Made by a program: the position numbers and the translations under genes
Shown: piece after piece, positions 40,304-50,170 of the stretch
Layout: the number at the start of each line of letters is the position of its first letter
How positions within the stretch are numbered: the first letter of the stretch is position 1
Source: Minisyncoccota bacterium
GTDB taxonomy: Bacteria; Patescibacteriota; Minisyncoccia; Phycocordibacterales; JAQTLZ01
Direction of reading: 5' to 3'
Length of the DNA stretch: 64,000 nt
Assembly (NCBI GenBank): GCA_028714635.1
Contig: JAQTLZ010000004.1
Location: 32,354-96,353 of the forward strand
The notes under the pieces: model-generated
What the model was told of the DNA's origin: nothing
What the model saw: the letters and a program-made list of their open reading frames with translations, nothing else
Databases searched by the model: none

Positions 40304-41515
40304 TTAGAACAGTTTTCCCCTGACTCTTTTATGATACGAAATTGCGAATCGGTGCGCTTCGCTGTTTGCTAAGAGAATTTCTTTCTTATATTTTCGAGCA
40401 AGTAATTCGTCTCCCAGGAAATGATCGGGCTTGTGGCGGTCGTCTTTTACTACGTTTATGATTGGAGTTTTCAGTCCAAAATTTTCTAGCACTTTTTCTG
40501 CCAAATTTCTTTGTGCAATTCCCCCGTCTATTACTATCAAATTTGCAGTTGGCCATTCAGAGTGTTTCAGTCTGCGTTCAAGTACTTCTCGAAGCGCTCC
40601 CGTGTCGCTTCCCGCTTTGGCAGTGCGGATTTTAAACATCCGATAATCGGCCTTTTTTACTTCCCCATCTTCCACAACAGTCATTACGCCAACGGTTGAA
40701 GTTCCGCTTATATGAGCAACGTCATAAGCTTCGATTCTCATGTATCCCTTATTCGCGCGAATTAGGGATATATCAGATTTGAGGAGAGCGACGTCTTGGA
40801 TATGGCCGAGCGCGAAAATTTGTTTTTTGATCTTGTCTGCTTTTTCAAATTCTCTATTCTTGGCGAGGGTTTTCATCTCTTTCTCAAGAGATCTTACAAG
40901 AGTAGATTTTTTCCCCTCAAAAAAGAGTTTCAAGTGTGTGATTTGCCGAGCATACTCAACTTTTCCCATTCGTCCATCGCATACGCCCGGGCAAAGGCCG
41001 ATTTGGGCGTTGAAACACAATTTTCCTTGAAGTGGAGTACAAGTGTCCCGATATGGGAAAATTTTCCGAATAATTTTGAGTGCAATTTTTAACTGTCCGC
41101 CATTTGGAAAGGGGCCGAAAATATCTTTCACTTTATAATCCAGAGAATCTAGATTTTTACCGCGAACCAAAAGAATACGAGGAAAATCTTCTTTTGTGAA
41201 AACGACATAGTTGTAGCTTTTATCATCTTTTTCATCCGTATTGTATTTTGGCTGATGCTTCTTTATAAGAGCAGCTTCAAGAATGAGGGCTTCAAGAACC
41301 GAATCAGTAATCTGAAAATCAATTGAATCGGCTTTTTCAACCATTTTGGTGATAAGCGGGCTCCGAGCTTCCCCAAGCCGTGCTGAAAAATAGCTCTTTA
41401 CTCGGTCGTGAAGAGATGTGGCTTTGCCGATATAAAGAATCTCTTTTTCATATCGAAAAAAGTATACTCCGGGCAAGTCTGGCAGATTTTTTAATGATTC
41501 TTGACTAATTGACAT
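40304..41515 (-). CDS. uvrC: Excinuclease ABC subunit C, a short form with the GIY-YIG and EndoV/RNaseH-like domains but no C-terminal HhH.
   Basis: GVYFFRYEKEILYIGKATSLHDRVKSYF is a GIY-YIG motif. The start is trimmed to MSISQESL. Confidence 0.8.
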   Translation of the reverse strand: MSISQESLKNLPDLPGVYFFRYEKEILYIGKATSLHDRVKSYFSARLGEARSPLITKMVEKADSIDFQITDSVLEALILEAALIKKHQPKYNTDEKDDKSYNYVVFTKEDFPRILLVRGKNLDSLDYKVKDIFGPFPNGGQLKIALKIIRKIFPYRDTCTPLQGKLCFNAQIGLCPGVCDGRMGKVEYARQITHLKLFFEGKKSTLVRSLEKEMKTLAKNREFEKADKIKKQIFALGHIQDVALLKSDISLIRANKGYMRIEAYDVAHISGTSTVGVMTVVEDGEVKKADYRMFKIRTAKAGSDTGALREVLERRLKHSEWPTANLIVIDGGIAQRNLAEKVLENFGLKTPIINVVKDDRHKPDHFLGDELLARKYKKEILLANSEAHRFAISYHKRVRGKLF

Positions 41516-41588
41516 AATAGTGTTTTGAATGATACAGTAAGGGCCGTTACTTTGGCAAGGAAACCGAAAAGAAAAGGAGAATTCAGAG

Positions 41589-42341
41589 ATGACAAAAAAA
41601 GTGCTGATCGTGGAGGACAGCGAAGGAATCCAGGATCTTTGCTGGCAAGCGTTGGTAAAGGGTGTGGGATTTCCCCAAGAAGACATCCTTCAGGCCTACA
41701 CCATCGGAGAGGCCAAGGGTTTGTTCAAGACAAACAGCGCCGATATCGCCATCATTTTCTTTGATGGAAAGCTTGGCGAGAAGACATCCATTAAGCTGGT
41801 GAAGGAGATTCGTCAGAAGTTCGACGGTGTGATGGTCGCAGCGTCGAGTGACATCAACGATGAACTCATCGCCGCTGGCTGTACCAAAACGTGGGCCAAG
41901 AATCCGATGGCAGACTTTGTCTCAATGGTCGTTGAGGCGACAGGGTGGGTCAAAAAGAAGAAGATTCTCGCCATAGAATCCTGCTCACCCGCAAGCAGGG
42001 AGGCAATGCTCCGAGCGTTTGAAGTCGAAGCAGAACGGATTGGCGTAGACCTCATCCTGCCCCAGAGACTGGGGAAGGAGTTTGACGCAGAGAATGTTGT
42101 TGCTGTAGTTCAAATGTCGCGGATCGACGGAGTCATTCTGAGCGGATTTACGATCATCGAGGACCAATGGCTCTTTGCTATCTTTACCCGGTTACAAGAG
42201 GAAAAGATTCCGGTGTTGGTTGTATCTGAAGACGGCCCGTGGATCAAGCGCATTGCGGAAGCTGGCTGTCCTGAAGATTTTCGCATGCACGACAAGAGCA
42301 AGGCTTTGGAAAGATTCAAGGCATTACTCACCACGCAATGA
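41589..42341 (+). CDS. Stand-alone protein with two tandem receiver (REC)-like domains and no output domain; GC-rich.
   Basis: KVLIVEDSEGI...DIAIIFFDGKL in the first half and KKILAIESCS...VDLILPQ in the second. Strong AAGGAGA Shine-Dalgarno site. Confidence 0.5.
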   Translation: MTKKVLIVEDSEGIQDLCWQALVKGVGFPQEDILQAYTIGEAKGLFKTNSADIAIIFFDGKLGEKTSIKLVKEIRQKFDGVMVAASSDINDELIAAGCTKTWAKNPMADFVSMVVEATGWVKKKKILAIESCSPASREAMLRAFEVEAERIGVDLILPQRLGKEFDAENVVAVVQMSRIDGVILSGFTIIEDQWLFAIFTRLQEEKIPVLVVSEDGPWIKRIAEAGCPEDFRMHDKSKALERFKALLTTQ

Positions 42342-42392
42342 GTTTCTGAAGTTTGTTAGACGATATTGGGGTAAGCGCAAGCTTGCTCCTTT

Positions 42393-44999
42393 TTATTTCA
42401 AAGCTTTCTTCAAATATTTGCCTGTGTAAGACTTAGTATTATTGGCAACTTCTTCCGGAGTCCCCTTTGCCACCACTTTCCCTCCCCCATTTCCTCCTTC
42501 TGGACCGATATCAATAATATAGTCAGAACTTTTTATGACATCCATGTTGTGTTCGATCACGAGCACTGTGTTACCGTGCTTCACCAGCCTTTGCAAAATT
42601 TCAATTAGTTTTCGCACATCTTCGTAGTGAAGGCCGATTGTCGGCTCATCCAAAATGTAAAGTGTCTTTTGAAGATGAGGACGGTATAGCTCTGACGAAA
42701 TTTTTACTCTTTGCGCTTCCCCGCCGGAAAGCGTTGTCGCTGATTGGCCAAGTCTTAAATATCCAAGACCCACCTCATCAAGTGTCTTCATTCGATCATA
42801 AATAGCTGGAATATCCTCGAAGAATTTGAGTCCTTCTTCTACTGTCATCTGAAGCACATCATAAATACTTTTCTTTTTGTATTTAATTTCGAGCGTTTCT
42901 TTCATGAATCGCTTTCCTTCACAGACTTCGCAAGGAACGTAGACTGTCGGCAAAAAATGCATTTCAACGGCAATCATTCCGTTTCCCTGGCAGTTTTCAC
43001 AGCGTCCGCCTTTTACATTGAATGAAAATCGATTGGCTTTCCATCCGCGAGCGCGAGCTTCGGCTGAAGCTGCAAAAAGATCTCGGATGAATATCCACGA
43101 ACCTGTGTAGGTTACAGGATTTGAACGAGGAGTTCGGCCGATCGGACTTTGGTCAATGAGAATCGTTCGTCCAATATATTCGCTTCCTGTGAATGAAGAG
43201 CAATTGTGAGTATCGTTTGAACGGAAATGGCGTTCAAGTCGGCATTGGAGATTTTTATGGATTATTTCGTACACGAGGGAGGATTTCCCAGAACCAGACA
43301 CACCGGTCACGCTCACAAGTCTGCCAAGCGGAACATCGAGATCCATATTTTTAATATTGAAGATATTTCCGTTGCGGATTTTCAGCGCACCTTTTTCTTC
43401 AGTTCGTCTTTCTTCCGGCGGTTCTATTGCCGTTTCTCCGCGCAGATATGAAAGAGTAAGAGATTTCGAATCATTTTTCTTGGCCAGAAGAAGTTTTTCA
43501 AGATAATCGGCGACAACGATTTCTCCGCCGTGTACTCCTGCTCCCGGGCCAATGTCTACTATGTAATCCGATGCAAAAATCGTATCTTCGTCATGTTCTA
43601 CAACGACAATAGTGTTTCCAATATCACGAAGGTGGAGCAGGGTTTTAATAAGTCGGTCATTATCTCTCGCATGAAGACCGATGGTCGGCTCATCAAGCAC
43701 ATAGAGCGCTCCCACAAGCCCGGAACCAAGTTGTGAAGCGAGGCGAATTCGCTGCGCTTCTCCACCCGAGAGCGTATGGGCGCGCCTATCGAGAGAGAGA
43801 TAATCAATACCGACATCGATCATAAATTGGAGCCTACTTTCAATTTCTTTTATGATCACCTTCGAGATATTTTTTTCTGTGGCGGTGAGTTTGAGTTTCG
43901 AGAAAAAATCAAAACAATCCGCGATAGACATTCCAACCAGATTCACAATATTTACTTTTCCTTCGCCAAGAAATACATGAAGGGCTTCTTCCCGAAGCCG
44001 AGCGCCTTTGCACTTTGGACAGGGTTCTTCACCGAAAAAATGTTTTGTTCCAAGTCCGTTACATTCTGGACACGCTCCATATGGGGAATTGAAGGAGAAA
44101 AGGCGGGGCTCGATTTCTGGATATGAAAATCCATCATATGCGCACATGAATTTTGCAGAGATGAGATGCTCTTTTGTTTCTCCGCCTTCTCCGGGGTATT
44201 CGATTCGGAGAAGTCCGTCAGATTCGGCAAGTGCACGTTCAATCGCTTCACTAAGCCTTTCGTGAGCTCCACTTTTTGATTTTAGATCTTTGAGTTCTGT
44301 GACGAAAATTTCATCAACAACCACATCAATGTCGTGCTTTTGAGTTTTGGAAAGAATAATTTGTTCCCGCAACTTTTTATTTTTCCCATCCACTCGCACT
44401 TCTTTATATCCTTTCCCGAGAAGATCGTAGAGAAGTTGGTAATATTCACCTTTTCTTCCAACAACAAGGGGCGACAGAATTCGAATTTTAAGAGTATCGT
44501 ATACGACTCCCATTACCTTTTTAGTTGTACCAGTTTCGATAGATTCGACAGTTTTGAGAATCGTTTCAAGAATTTCTTCGTTCGTATGCTTTTTAATAAC
44601 TCTTCCGCAAATGAGACAGTGTGGTTTGCCTACACGAGCGTAAAGAATACGGAGGTAGTCGTAAATTTCTGTGATAGTAGCAACAGTTGAGCGAGGATTA
44701 TTCGAGCGGGATTTTTGGTCGATTGAAATTGCAGGAGAAAGGCCGATGATCTCGTCCACATCCGGCTTTTGCATTTGGCGCAAGAATTGTCGAGCGTATG
44801 AAGAAAGAGATTCGACATATCGCCGCTGTCCTTCAGCAAAAATGGTATCGAACGCCAAAGACGACTTCCCGCTTCCGGAAAGCCCTGTGAAAACAACCAT
44901 TTTATTGCGAGGCATCTCTACCGTCACATTTTTTAGGTTGTGGGTGCGGGCGCCCCTGATAACTAATTTATCTTGATTTTCCTTCATAAAAGACAGCAA
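42393..44999 (-). CDS. uvrA: Excinuclease ABC subunit A.
   Basis: Two ABC cassettes ([12 protein letters not shown] / [11 protein letters not shown]) and zinc-finger cysteines. Confidence 0.95.
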   Translation of the reverse strand: MLSFMKENQDKLVIRGARTHNLKNVTVEMPRNKMVVFTGLSGSGKSSLAFDTIFAEGQRRYVESLSSYARQFLRQMQKPDVDEIIGLSPAISIDQKSRSNNPRSTVATITEIYDYLRILYARVGKPHCLICGRVIKKHTNEEILETILKTVESIETGTTKKVMGVVYDTLKIRILSPLVVGRKGEYYQLLYDLLGKGYKEVRVDGKNKKLREQIILSKTQKHDIDVVVDEIFVTELKDLKSKSGAHERLSEAIERALAESDGLLRIEYPGEGGETKEHLISAKFMCAYDGFSYPEIEPRLFSFNSPYGACPECNGLGTKHFFGEEPCPKCKGARLREEALHVFLGEGKVNIVNLVGMSIADCFDFFSKLKLTATEKNISKVIIKEIESRLQFMIDVGIDYLSLDRRAHTLSGGEAQRIRLASQLGSGLVGALYVLDEPTIGLHARDNDRLIKTLLHLRDIGNTIVVVEHDEDTIFASDYIVDIGPGAGVHGGEIVVADYLEKLLLAKKNDSKSLTLSYLRGETAIEPPEERRTEEKGALKIRNGNIFNIKNMDLDVPLGRLVSVTGVSGSGKSSLVYEIIHKNLQCRLERHFRSNDTHNCSSFTGSEYIGRTILIDQSPIGRTPRSNPVTYTGSWIFIRDLFAASAEARARGWKANRFSFNVKGGRCENCQGNGMIAVEMHFLPTVYVPCEVCEGKRFMKETLEIKYKKKSIYDVLQMTVEEGLKFFEDIPAIYDRMKTLDEVGLGYLRLGQSATTLSGGEAQRVKISSELYRPHLQKTLYILDEPTIGLHYEDVRKLIEILQRLVKHGNTVLVIEHNMDVIKSSDYIIDIGPEGGNGGGKVVAKGTPEEVANNTKSYTGKYLKKALK

Positions 45000-45057
45000 A
45001 GACCTACGCGGTGACGCATAGGGTTATGTATGAATTGTTCTAGTCTACTATAATCTT

Positions 45058-45092
45058 AGAAAAAGAAAAAGCTCGAACCGAAGTCCGAGCTC
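45058..45092 (-). terminator. Minus-strand hairpin with a T run that ends the uvrB/kinase transcript.
   Basis: gagctcggacttcggttcgagc followed by tttttcttttt on the minus strand. Confidence 0.45.
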
Positions 45093-45405
45093 CGTGGAAA
45101 TCCTTTCGAACTTCTAAAAGAGTATGCTTCCAGGGCTCCAACTGAAGGAGCGATGATTTTTCTTGATCGTTTCCGGATGTGATCTCGGAGACGACTCGAA
45201 GTCTTGGGGTTGGGATGGTTCTACTTGGGGCATGATCTTTTCGCCCCTTCGTTCCATCTCTGCGAAAACCTCGACAATGTTACAGCGTTTTGAAAGGCCA
45301 CCGCGAGCCTCTTTTCCTTGTAGCATTTGCGCTAATCTCCTTTCCCGTGTTGTACTTCCCCGAACAGGTATAGCAAAAAGAAACCTTGAGGTCAAAGTGG
45401 AAAAG

Positions 45406-46122
45406 TTAGGAAACTGTCTTATTTGTTGGAATAGTGAAGAAAAATGTGGTTCCTTTTCCCTCTTCGCTTTCAAACCATATTTTTCCTCCCTGTCCTTCGA
45501 GCACATTTTTGATGATGTAAAGCCCAAGTCCGATTCCATCCCTTCTCTGCTTAATTGCGTTTTTCGCGCGGAAAAATTCGCTGAAAATCTTCGGCTGTTC
45601 TTCTTTCGAAATTCCAATTCCTTGGTCAGAAACTGATACTGTAAATTCATCTTTACCCGGAACTAATTTCACGCTTATTTTCGTACCTGGTTTTGAATAA
45701 GTTACGGCGTTTTCTATGAGGTTTTGAAGTATGGTATGAATTTTATTTGGATCTACAACCAAGGGAGGAAGTGAAAGTCCTTCTGTCTCAAAAACTAAAT
45801 CAATTCCATAGCGTTCTGCCAAAGGAAGGAAGCTTGTGACAATATTTGAGATGAGATCCACAACTTGGGTTTCCTCGTAGTTGTACTGAAATTTTCCAGA
45901 CTTCAATGTATCTAAACTTAAAATATCATTCACAATTGCAATGGTGTTGTCGTTGTCCTCATAACATTTTTCCAGAACTTTCATTTGCTCGTCATTCAAA
46001 GGCCCAAGATCGCCTTTGAGTACTCCGGATAATGTCCATTTAATTCCTGCGAGAGGTGTGCGCAACTGGTGTACGAGAATAGTAGCAAAATCACCTTTTG
46101 CATCTTTTTTTTCTTCAGACAT
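45406..46122 (-). CDS. Soluble sensor histidine kinase (HisKA + HATPase_c), with no TM segment or sensor domain.
   Basis: H-box HQLRTPL, the G-box GIGLGLYIIK, and the GKIWFESEEGKGTTF region. Confidence 0.85.
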   Translation of the reverse strand: MSEEKKDAKGDFATILVHQLRTPLAGIKWTLSGVLKGDLGPLNDEQMKVLEKCYEDNDNTIAIVNDILSLDTLKSGKFQYNYEETQVVDLISNIVTSFLPLAERYGIDLVFETEGLSLPPLVVDPNKIHTILQNLIENAVTYSKPGTKISVKLVPGKDEFTVSVSDQGIGISKEEQPKIFSEFFRAKNAIKQRRDGIGLGLYIIKNVLEGQGGKIWFESEEGKGTTFFFTIPTNKTVS

Positions 46123-46137
46123 GGGAATATTCTAACA

Positions 46138-48171
46138 CTAAGACTTTTTCTTAGCCATTGAGTTTTGCAACATCGCAATCTCGTCTCGAAGAAGTGCTGC
46201 GGTCTCAAAATCGAGTACTTTTACGGCAGCATTCATCTGTTTCTCTTTTTCTTTAATAAATTTTGCAGGATTCTTCTTAAAAAATTTATCATCAAGCTCG
46301 ATCAAATTTTTGAGCGTTTTCGAGTGCTTGTTTTCCATTGTCTCGGTAATGTCATGAATTTTCTTCAGAATCGTTTTGGGAGTGATGCTGTGTTTCGTAT
46401 TATAAGCGACTTGAAGAGCCCTGCGACGATTGGTCTCGCTTATCGCTCTTTCCATTGAACCGGTCATGTTGTCAGCATAAAGAATCACGTGGCCAAGCAC
46501 GTTTCGGGCGGCACGGCCGATAGTTTGAATGAGCGAGGTTTCAGAGCGGAGAAATCCCTCCTTGTCAGCATCCAAAATTCCGATGAGCTCAACTTCCGGC
46601 AGATCAAGCCCTTCTCGCAGTAAGTTTACCCCGACTATGCAGTCAAATTTCCCTTTTCGAAATTCAGTTAGAATTCTAATGCGATCAAGCGTTTCGATGT
46701 CGCTATGCAGATATTCCGCTTTTACGCCGCGCTCTTTGAGATATTCGCTCAAATCTTCTGCCATTTTTTTGGTGAGCGTTGTCGCGATAACACGATTCCC
46801 TCTTTTAATCACCGCTTCGGCTTCCATTATGAAGTCCTTGATTTGACCTTGAAATTTTCCTTTTGAAATGATTGGACGGATAATTATTTCAGGATCAATA
46901 AGACCTGTTGGGCGAATGACCTGCTCAACTATCTGTTGGCTTTCTTTTTTTTCATATTCTCCCGGAGTGGCGGACGTATAAATTACTTGTCCAACTCTTT
47001 CTCGAAATTCTTCGGCCTTGAGTGGGCGATTATCTTTCGCGGAAGGAAGTCGGAAGCCGTGTTCGATCAAAGTTTTCTTTCGAGAAGCATCCCCAGCGTA
47101 CATTCCTCCAATTTGGGGCACAGTTACGTGCGATTCATCTATAATAGTGAGAAAATCTGCTGAACCATCTGCTTTGTGCGGGAAATAGGAAAGCAAAGAG
47201 TCTGGCGGTTCACCTTCCATTTTCCCCGAGAAGTGTCGAGAATAGTTTTCAATTCCGTTGCAATAGCCAACTTCGCGGATGAGCGCCAGATCGTATCTTG
47301 TTCGTCGCTTGATTCTCTCTGCTTCCAAAAGCTTTCCTTCCTTATCGAATTTTTTGATTTGTTCTTTGAGCTCGGCTTCGATAGTTTGGAGGGCGCTTTT
47401 TACTCCTTCGGAAGTGCTGATGAAATGTTTTGCCGGAAAAAGGAAAAAATTGTCCACGTTTTCTAAAACTGAACGGCTGATTGCATCAATGACTTCAATC
47501 TCGTCGATGACACTTTCTTTGAAACTTAAACGGTAAATGAGTTTCTCATTGACCGGCATTATTTCAATCGCATTTCCAAGTGCCCTGAAAAGTCCGGGCT
47601 CAAGGTCAGCATTAGTGCGTTCAAAATGGAGATTTACCAGTTTTCGAATGAAATCTGCGCGTGAAATAACCTGATTCTTTTCAATTTTCAAATTCACCTT
47701 CTCATATTCAACCGGAGAACCCAAACCGTAAATACAAGAAACCGAAGCAACAATAATGACATCACTTCGCGTGAGAAGTGCCTGTGTCGATGCGTGGCGA
47801 AGTCGGTCAATTTCATCATTTATCATTGCCTCCTTTTCGATATATGTGTCGGTGGTTGGCAAATACGCTTCCGGCTGGTAGTAGTCGTAATACGAAACAA
47901 AATAATGCACAGCATTTTCTGGGAAAAATTCTTTGTATTCTTGAGCGAGCTGGGCAGCGAGCGTTTTGTTGTGAGCAATGACAAGCGTCGGTTTCTGAAC
48001 TTTTTCGATGATGTTTGCGACAGTAAAAGTTTTCCCAGAACCGGTAACCCCAAGAAGTGTTTGGTGATTCATTCCTTCTTTGAGCCCCTTTACGAGTGCA
48101 GAAATAGCGAGTGGCTGGTCACCCGCAGGTTTGAATTCCGATTTCAACTTGAATTTCTTTTCTAACTTCAT
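46138..48171 (-). CDS. uvrB: Excinuclease ABC subunit B.
   Basis: GVTGSGKTFT Walker A motif, helicase motifs, and a C-terminal UVR domain (...AALLRDEIAML). Confidence 0.95.
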   Translation of the reverse strand: MKLEKKFKLKSEFKPAGDQPLAISALVKGLKEGMNHQTLLGVTGSGKTFTVANIIEKVQKPTLVIAHNKTLAAQLAQEYKEFFPENAVHYFVSYYDYYQPEAYLPTTDTYIEKEAMINDEIDRLRHASTQALLTRSDVIIVASVSCIYGLGSPVEYEKVNLKIEKNQVISRADFIRKLVNLHFERTNADLEPGLFRALGNAIEIMPVNEKLIYRLSFKESVIDEIEVIDAISRSVLENVDNFFLFPAKHFISTSEGVKSALQTIEAELKEQIKKFDKEGKLLEAERIKRRTRYDLALIREVGYCNGIENYSRHFSGKMEGEPPDSLLSYFPHKADGSADFLTIIDESHVTVPQIGGMYAGDASRKKTLIEHGFRLPSAKDNRPLKAEEFRERVGQVIYTSATPGEYEKKESQQIVEQVIRPTGLIDPEIIIRPIISKGKFQGQIKDFIMEAEAVIKRGNRVIATTLTKKMAEDLSEYLKERGVKAEYLHSDIETLDRIRILTEFRKGKFDCIVGVNLLREGLDLPEVELIGILDADKEGFLRSETSLIQTIGRAARNVLGHVILYADNMTGSMERAISETNRRRALQVAYNTKHSITPKTILKKIHDITETMENKHSKTLKNLIELDDKFFKKNPAKFIKEKEKQMNAAVKVLDFETAALLRDEIAMLQNSMAKKKS

Positions 48172-48278
48172 ATCGAGAAACTATACTATTCTGATAGATA
48201 AAAACAAAGGGCATCTTGACGACGCCCTTGTAACACGAATATTGCTGCAAAGATATGAGTCGGTTCTGGCCCCGACAA

Positions 48279-48530
48279 TCAGCATCCGATGAGATGACAC
48301 AGGCGGGTCCACCAGCTCACTTTTTTCAGATGGCCGACATAGACATGCCTGACCTCGTTCGGGTGGCCATCGAACCGCACGTGGCAGTGACTGATATCGA
48401 ATTGCGAATGATTAGTGATCCTTCCGGAGGTGCCGGCATCAACGACGAGCTTATAATTGTCGCCGTAAATTGGCGCTCCCGTAATCACTGACGTCCCAAC
48501 TGGCAGATCTGCCACCGTAACTGTTCTCAT
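48279..48530 (-). CDS. Hypothetical small protein in a GC-rich island.
   Basis: ORF-track ORF only. Confidence 0.25.
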   Translation of the reverse strand: MRTVTVADLPVGTSVITGAPIYGDNYKLVVDAGTSGRITNHSQFDISHCHVRFDGHPNEVRHVYVGHLKKVSWWTRLCHLIGC

Positions 48531-48709
48531 GGCTTGTCCCTCTCCTAATCTGGTCTTCCCCCGTTTGTACTACGCCCAACGCCAAATTGCATCATACACA
48601 AATATCCAATTTTTCTCAATAATGAAAAGTAGCCACGGTCGTGAGACACGTGGCTACGGTTATTGTTTATCTGCTCGCCCAGTGCGAAGCAGATTTACTT
48701 CTGGTTTTG

Positions 48710-50038
48710 TTACGCGCCCGGCTTAAAGCTGAAGCTCTGCACTTGCACGGCTTTCTTCAAGTTGGCCTTCTTTTTGGGGTTGTGTACAAAGACGATCACC
48801 CCCGTGCTGCTGTCTATTGTACGGCCGGTAAATGTTGCTTCTAGGCCATACAATACAGGATCCTGCTCTGCAACGCCGGTGAGCGTTTTCTTCCCATTCA
48901 AACCGTCCACAACATAGTAGTGAACAATCAAATGGTCGGAGCTTGTAGTTGTCGGGTTCACTGTCGGCTTCACAACACCCTTACCGCCCGCGGAAATCGT
49001 AAACGGCGCCGAAAATGCTCGAAAGGTGCGGTCAGTCTTCTCAACGAAGATCTGATACACACCCGGCGGAACATCATACTCGATGTACCATTGCGTTTCC
49101 TCGGAGTCGGGGAAAAAGTTTTCGGCAATAGAGCCGACCCACTTCATCGAGGTGTCAATCCTTCGGACCATCACATTTGCCCTGACGAGTCCGTCAGAGC
49201 TATACCCAAACCTCAGGTAATCCCCCAAGGAGTACTCATACTGGAGCGGGTATACGCTGATTTGCGTATCAGTGATCGTGAAATAGCTTTCGCTTTGACC
49301 GCCGTAATACCCCTGCACGGTAACGCGATACACACCTGCATGTGTTCCGATTGGTATCGGCGCGTCTCCTTTTCCCGCGATAAACATTTCATCGGGGATA
49401 GTGATAAACAACCGGTGGCCGTAGCCGTATTCAGATTCCAGATACTCGAACCTGCGGAACGCTCCCGTGTCGATATTTTGAATCAACACGGAACTTCCAT
49501 ATTGCTGGAAATCACCGCCGTAGATGGTCAACTCCTCTCCCACAGCTATGATTTCCGGATCGAGAAATGAAATCGTCGGCGGCGAAATCAAATTGAAAAC
49601 GCTGCCACGAATGTTCCCGACGAACGTTCCGTTACCCTTCCCATCGCTGAAAAGGGAAATTTGGATGAAGTACAGGCCGTCCGGCAGCTGTGCGCCGGTA
49701 TCGGTTGTTCGTGGTTGGAAATCCACCCACGTGTACTCATCCTGTACTGGTGTCCCGAAACTAATCGTAGACACATACACATCCTGATAGCCCATCGGGC
49801 TCGGCATCAAGTACCAGAGGCTTGCCTGCAGGTTCGTGATGCCGAGATCCGGATTGATTCGCACAGTCACCGTGTAGTACTCACCGGTGACCAACGTCGA
49901 GCCGTTATCGGGCCATCTGACCTCAGCGTCAAGCCCAGCCGCGGGCATTGCTTGCGGTTCCTCCGCCACAGCGAATGTCATGGGCGCACAGCCCAGAAAC
50001 ATCGCGACCAAAAAACCAGAAAAGATTTTGAAGAACAT
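48710..50038 (-). CDS. Secreted protein with beta-sandwich (Ig/IPT-like) repeats; GC-rich.
   Basis: Signal peptide MFFKIFSGFLVAMFLGCAPMTFAVA. A GGAGG Shine-Dalgarno site lies 7 nt upstream of the ATG at 50038. Repeated ...ISPPTISFLDP.../...ITDTQISVYP... modules. Confidence 0.6.
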   Translation of the reverse strand: MFFKIFSGFLVAMFLGCAPMTFAVAEEPQAMPAAGLDAEVRWPDNGSTLVTGEYYTVTVRINPDLGITNLQASLWYLMPSPMGYQDVYVSTISFGTPVQDEYTWVDFQPRTTDTGAQLPDGLYFIQISLFSDGKGNGTFVGNIRGSVFNLISPPTISFLDPEIIAVGEELTIYGGDFQQYGSSVLIQNIDTGAFRRFEYLESEYGYGHRLFITIPDEMFIAGKGDAPIPIGTHAGVYRVTVQGYYGGQSESYFTITDTQISVYPLQYEYSLGDYLRFGYSSDGLVRANVMVRRIDTSMKWVGSIAENFFPDSEETQWYIEYDVPPGVYQIFVEKTDRTFRAFSAPFTISAGGKGVVKPTVNPTTTSSDHLIVHYYVVDGLNGKKTLTGVAEQDPVLYGLEATFTGRTIDSSTGVIVFVHNPKKKANLKKAVQVQSFSFKPGA

Positions 50039-50170
50039 TGTGTAGCCTCCTAAATTTGAAGCCTCCGCCACGAAATGAAAAAGCCGGATGATTCCAGCTT
50101 TAATTCATCTCCCTACCTACTAGGAGTATAGCACATCTGGGCATTAAAGTCAATAGTTTTTAGCCTTACT

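Noticed and set aside
45114-45650. 178-aa minus-strand and 157-aa plus-strand ORFs overlapping the histidine kinase 3' end.
   Set aside because: They overlap a well-supported kinase gene in another frame. Only the 3' part (45114-45326) is kept as a low-confidence small-ORF candidate.
48920-49570. 216-aa plus-strand ORF, plus others inside 48710-50071.
   Set aside because: They are antisense ORFs produced by the GC-rich composition of the secreted-protein gene. They have no SD and no motif.
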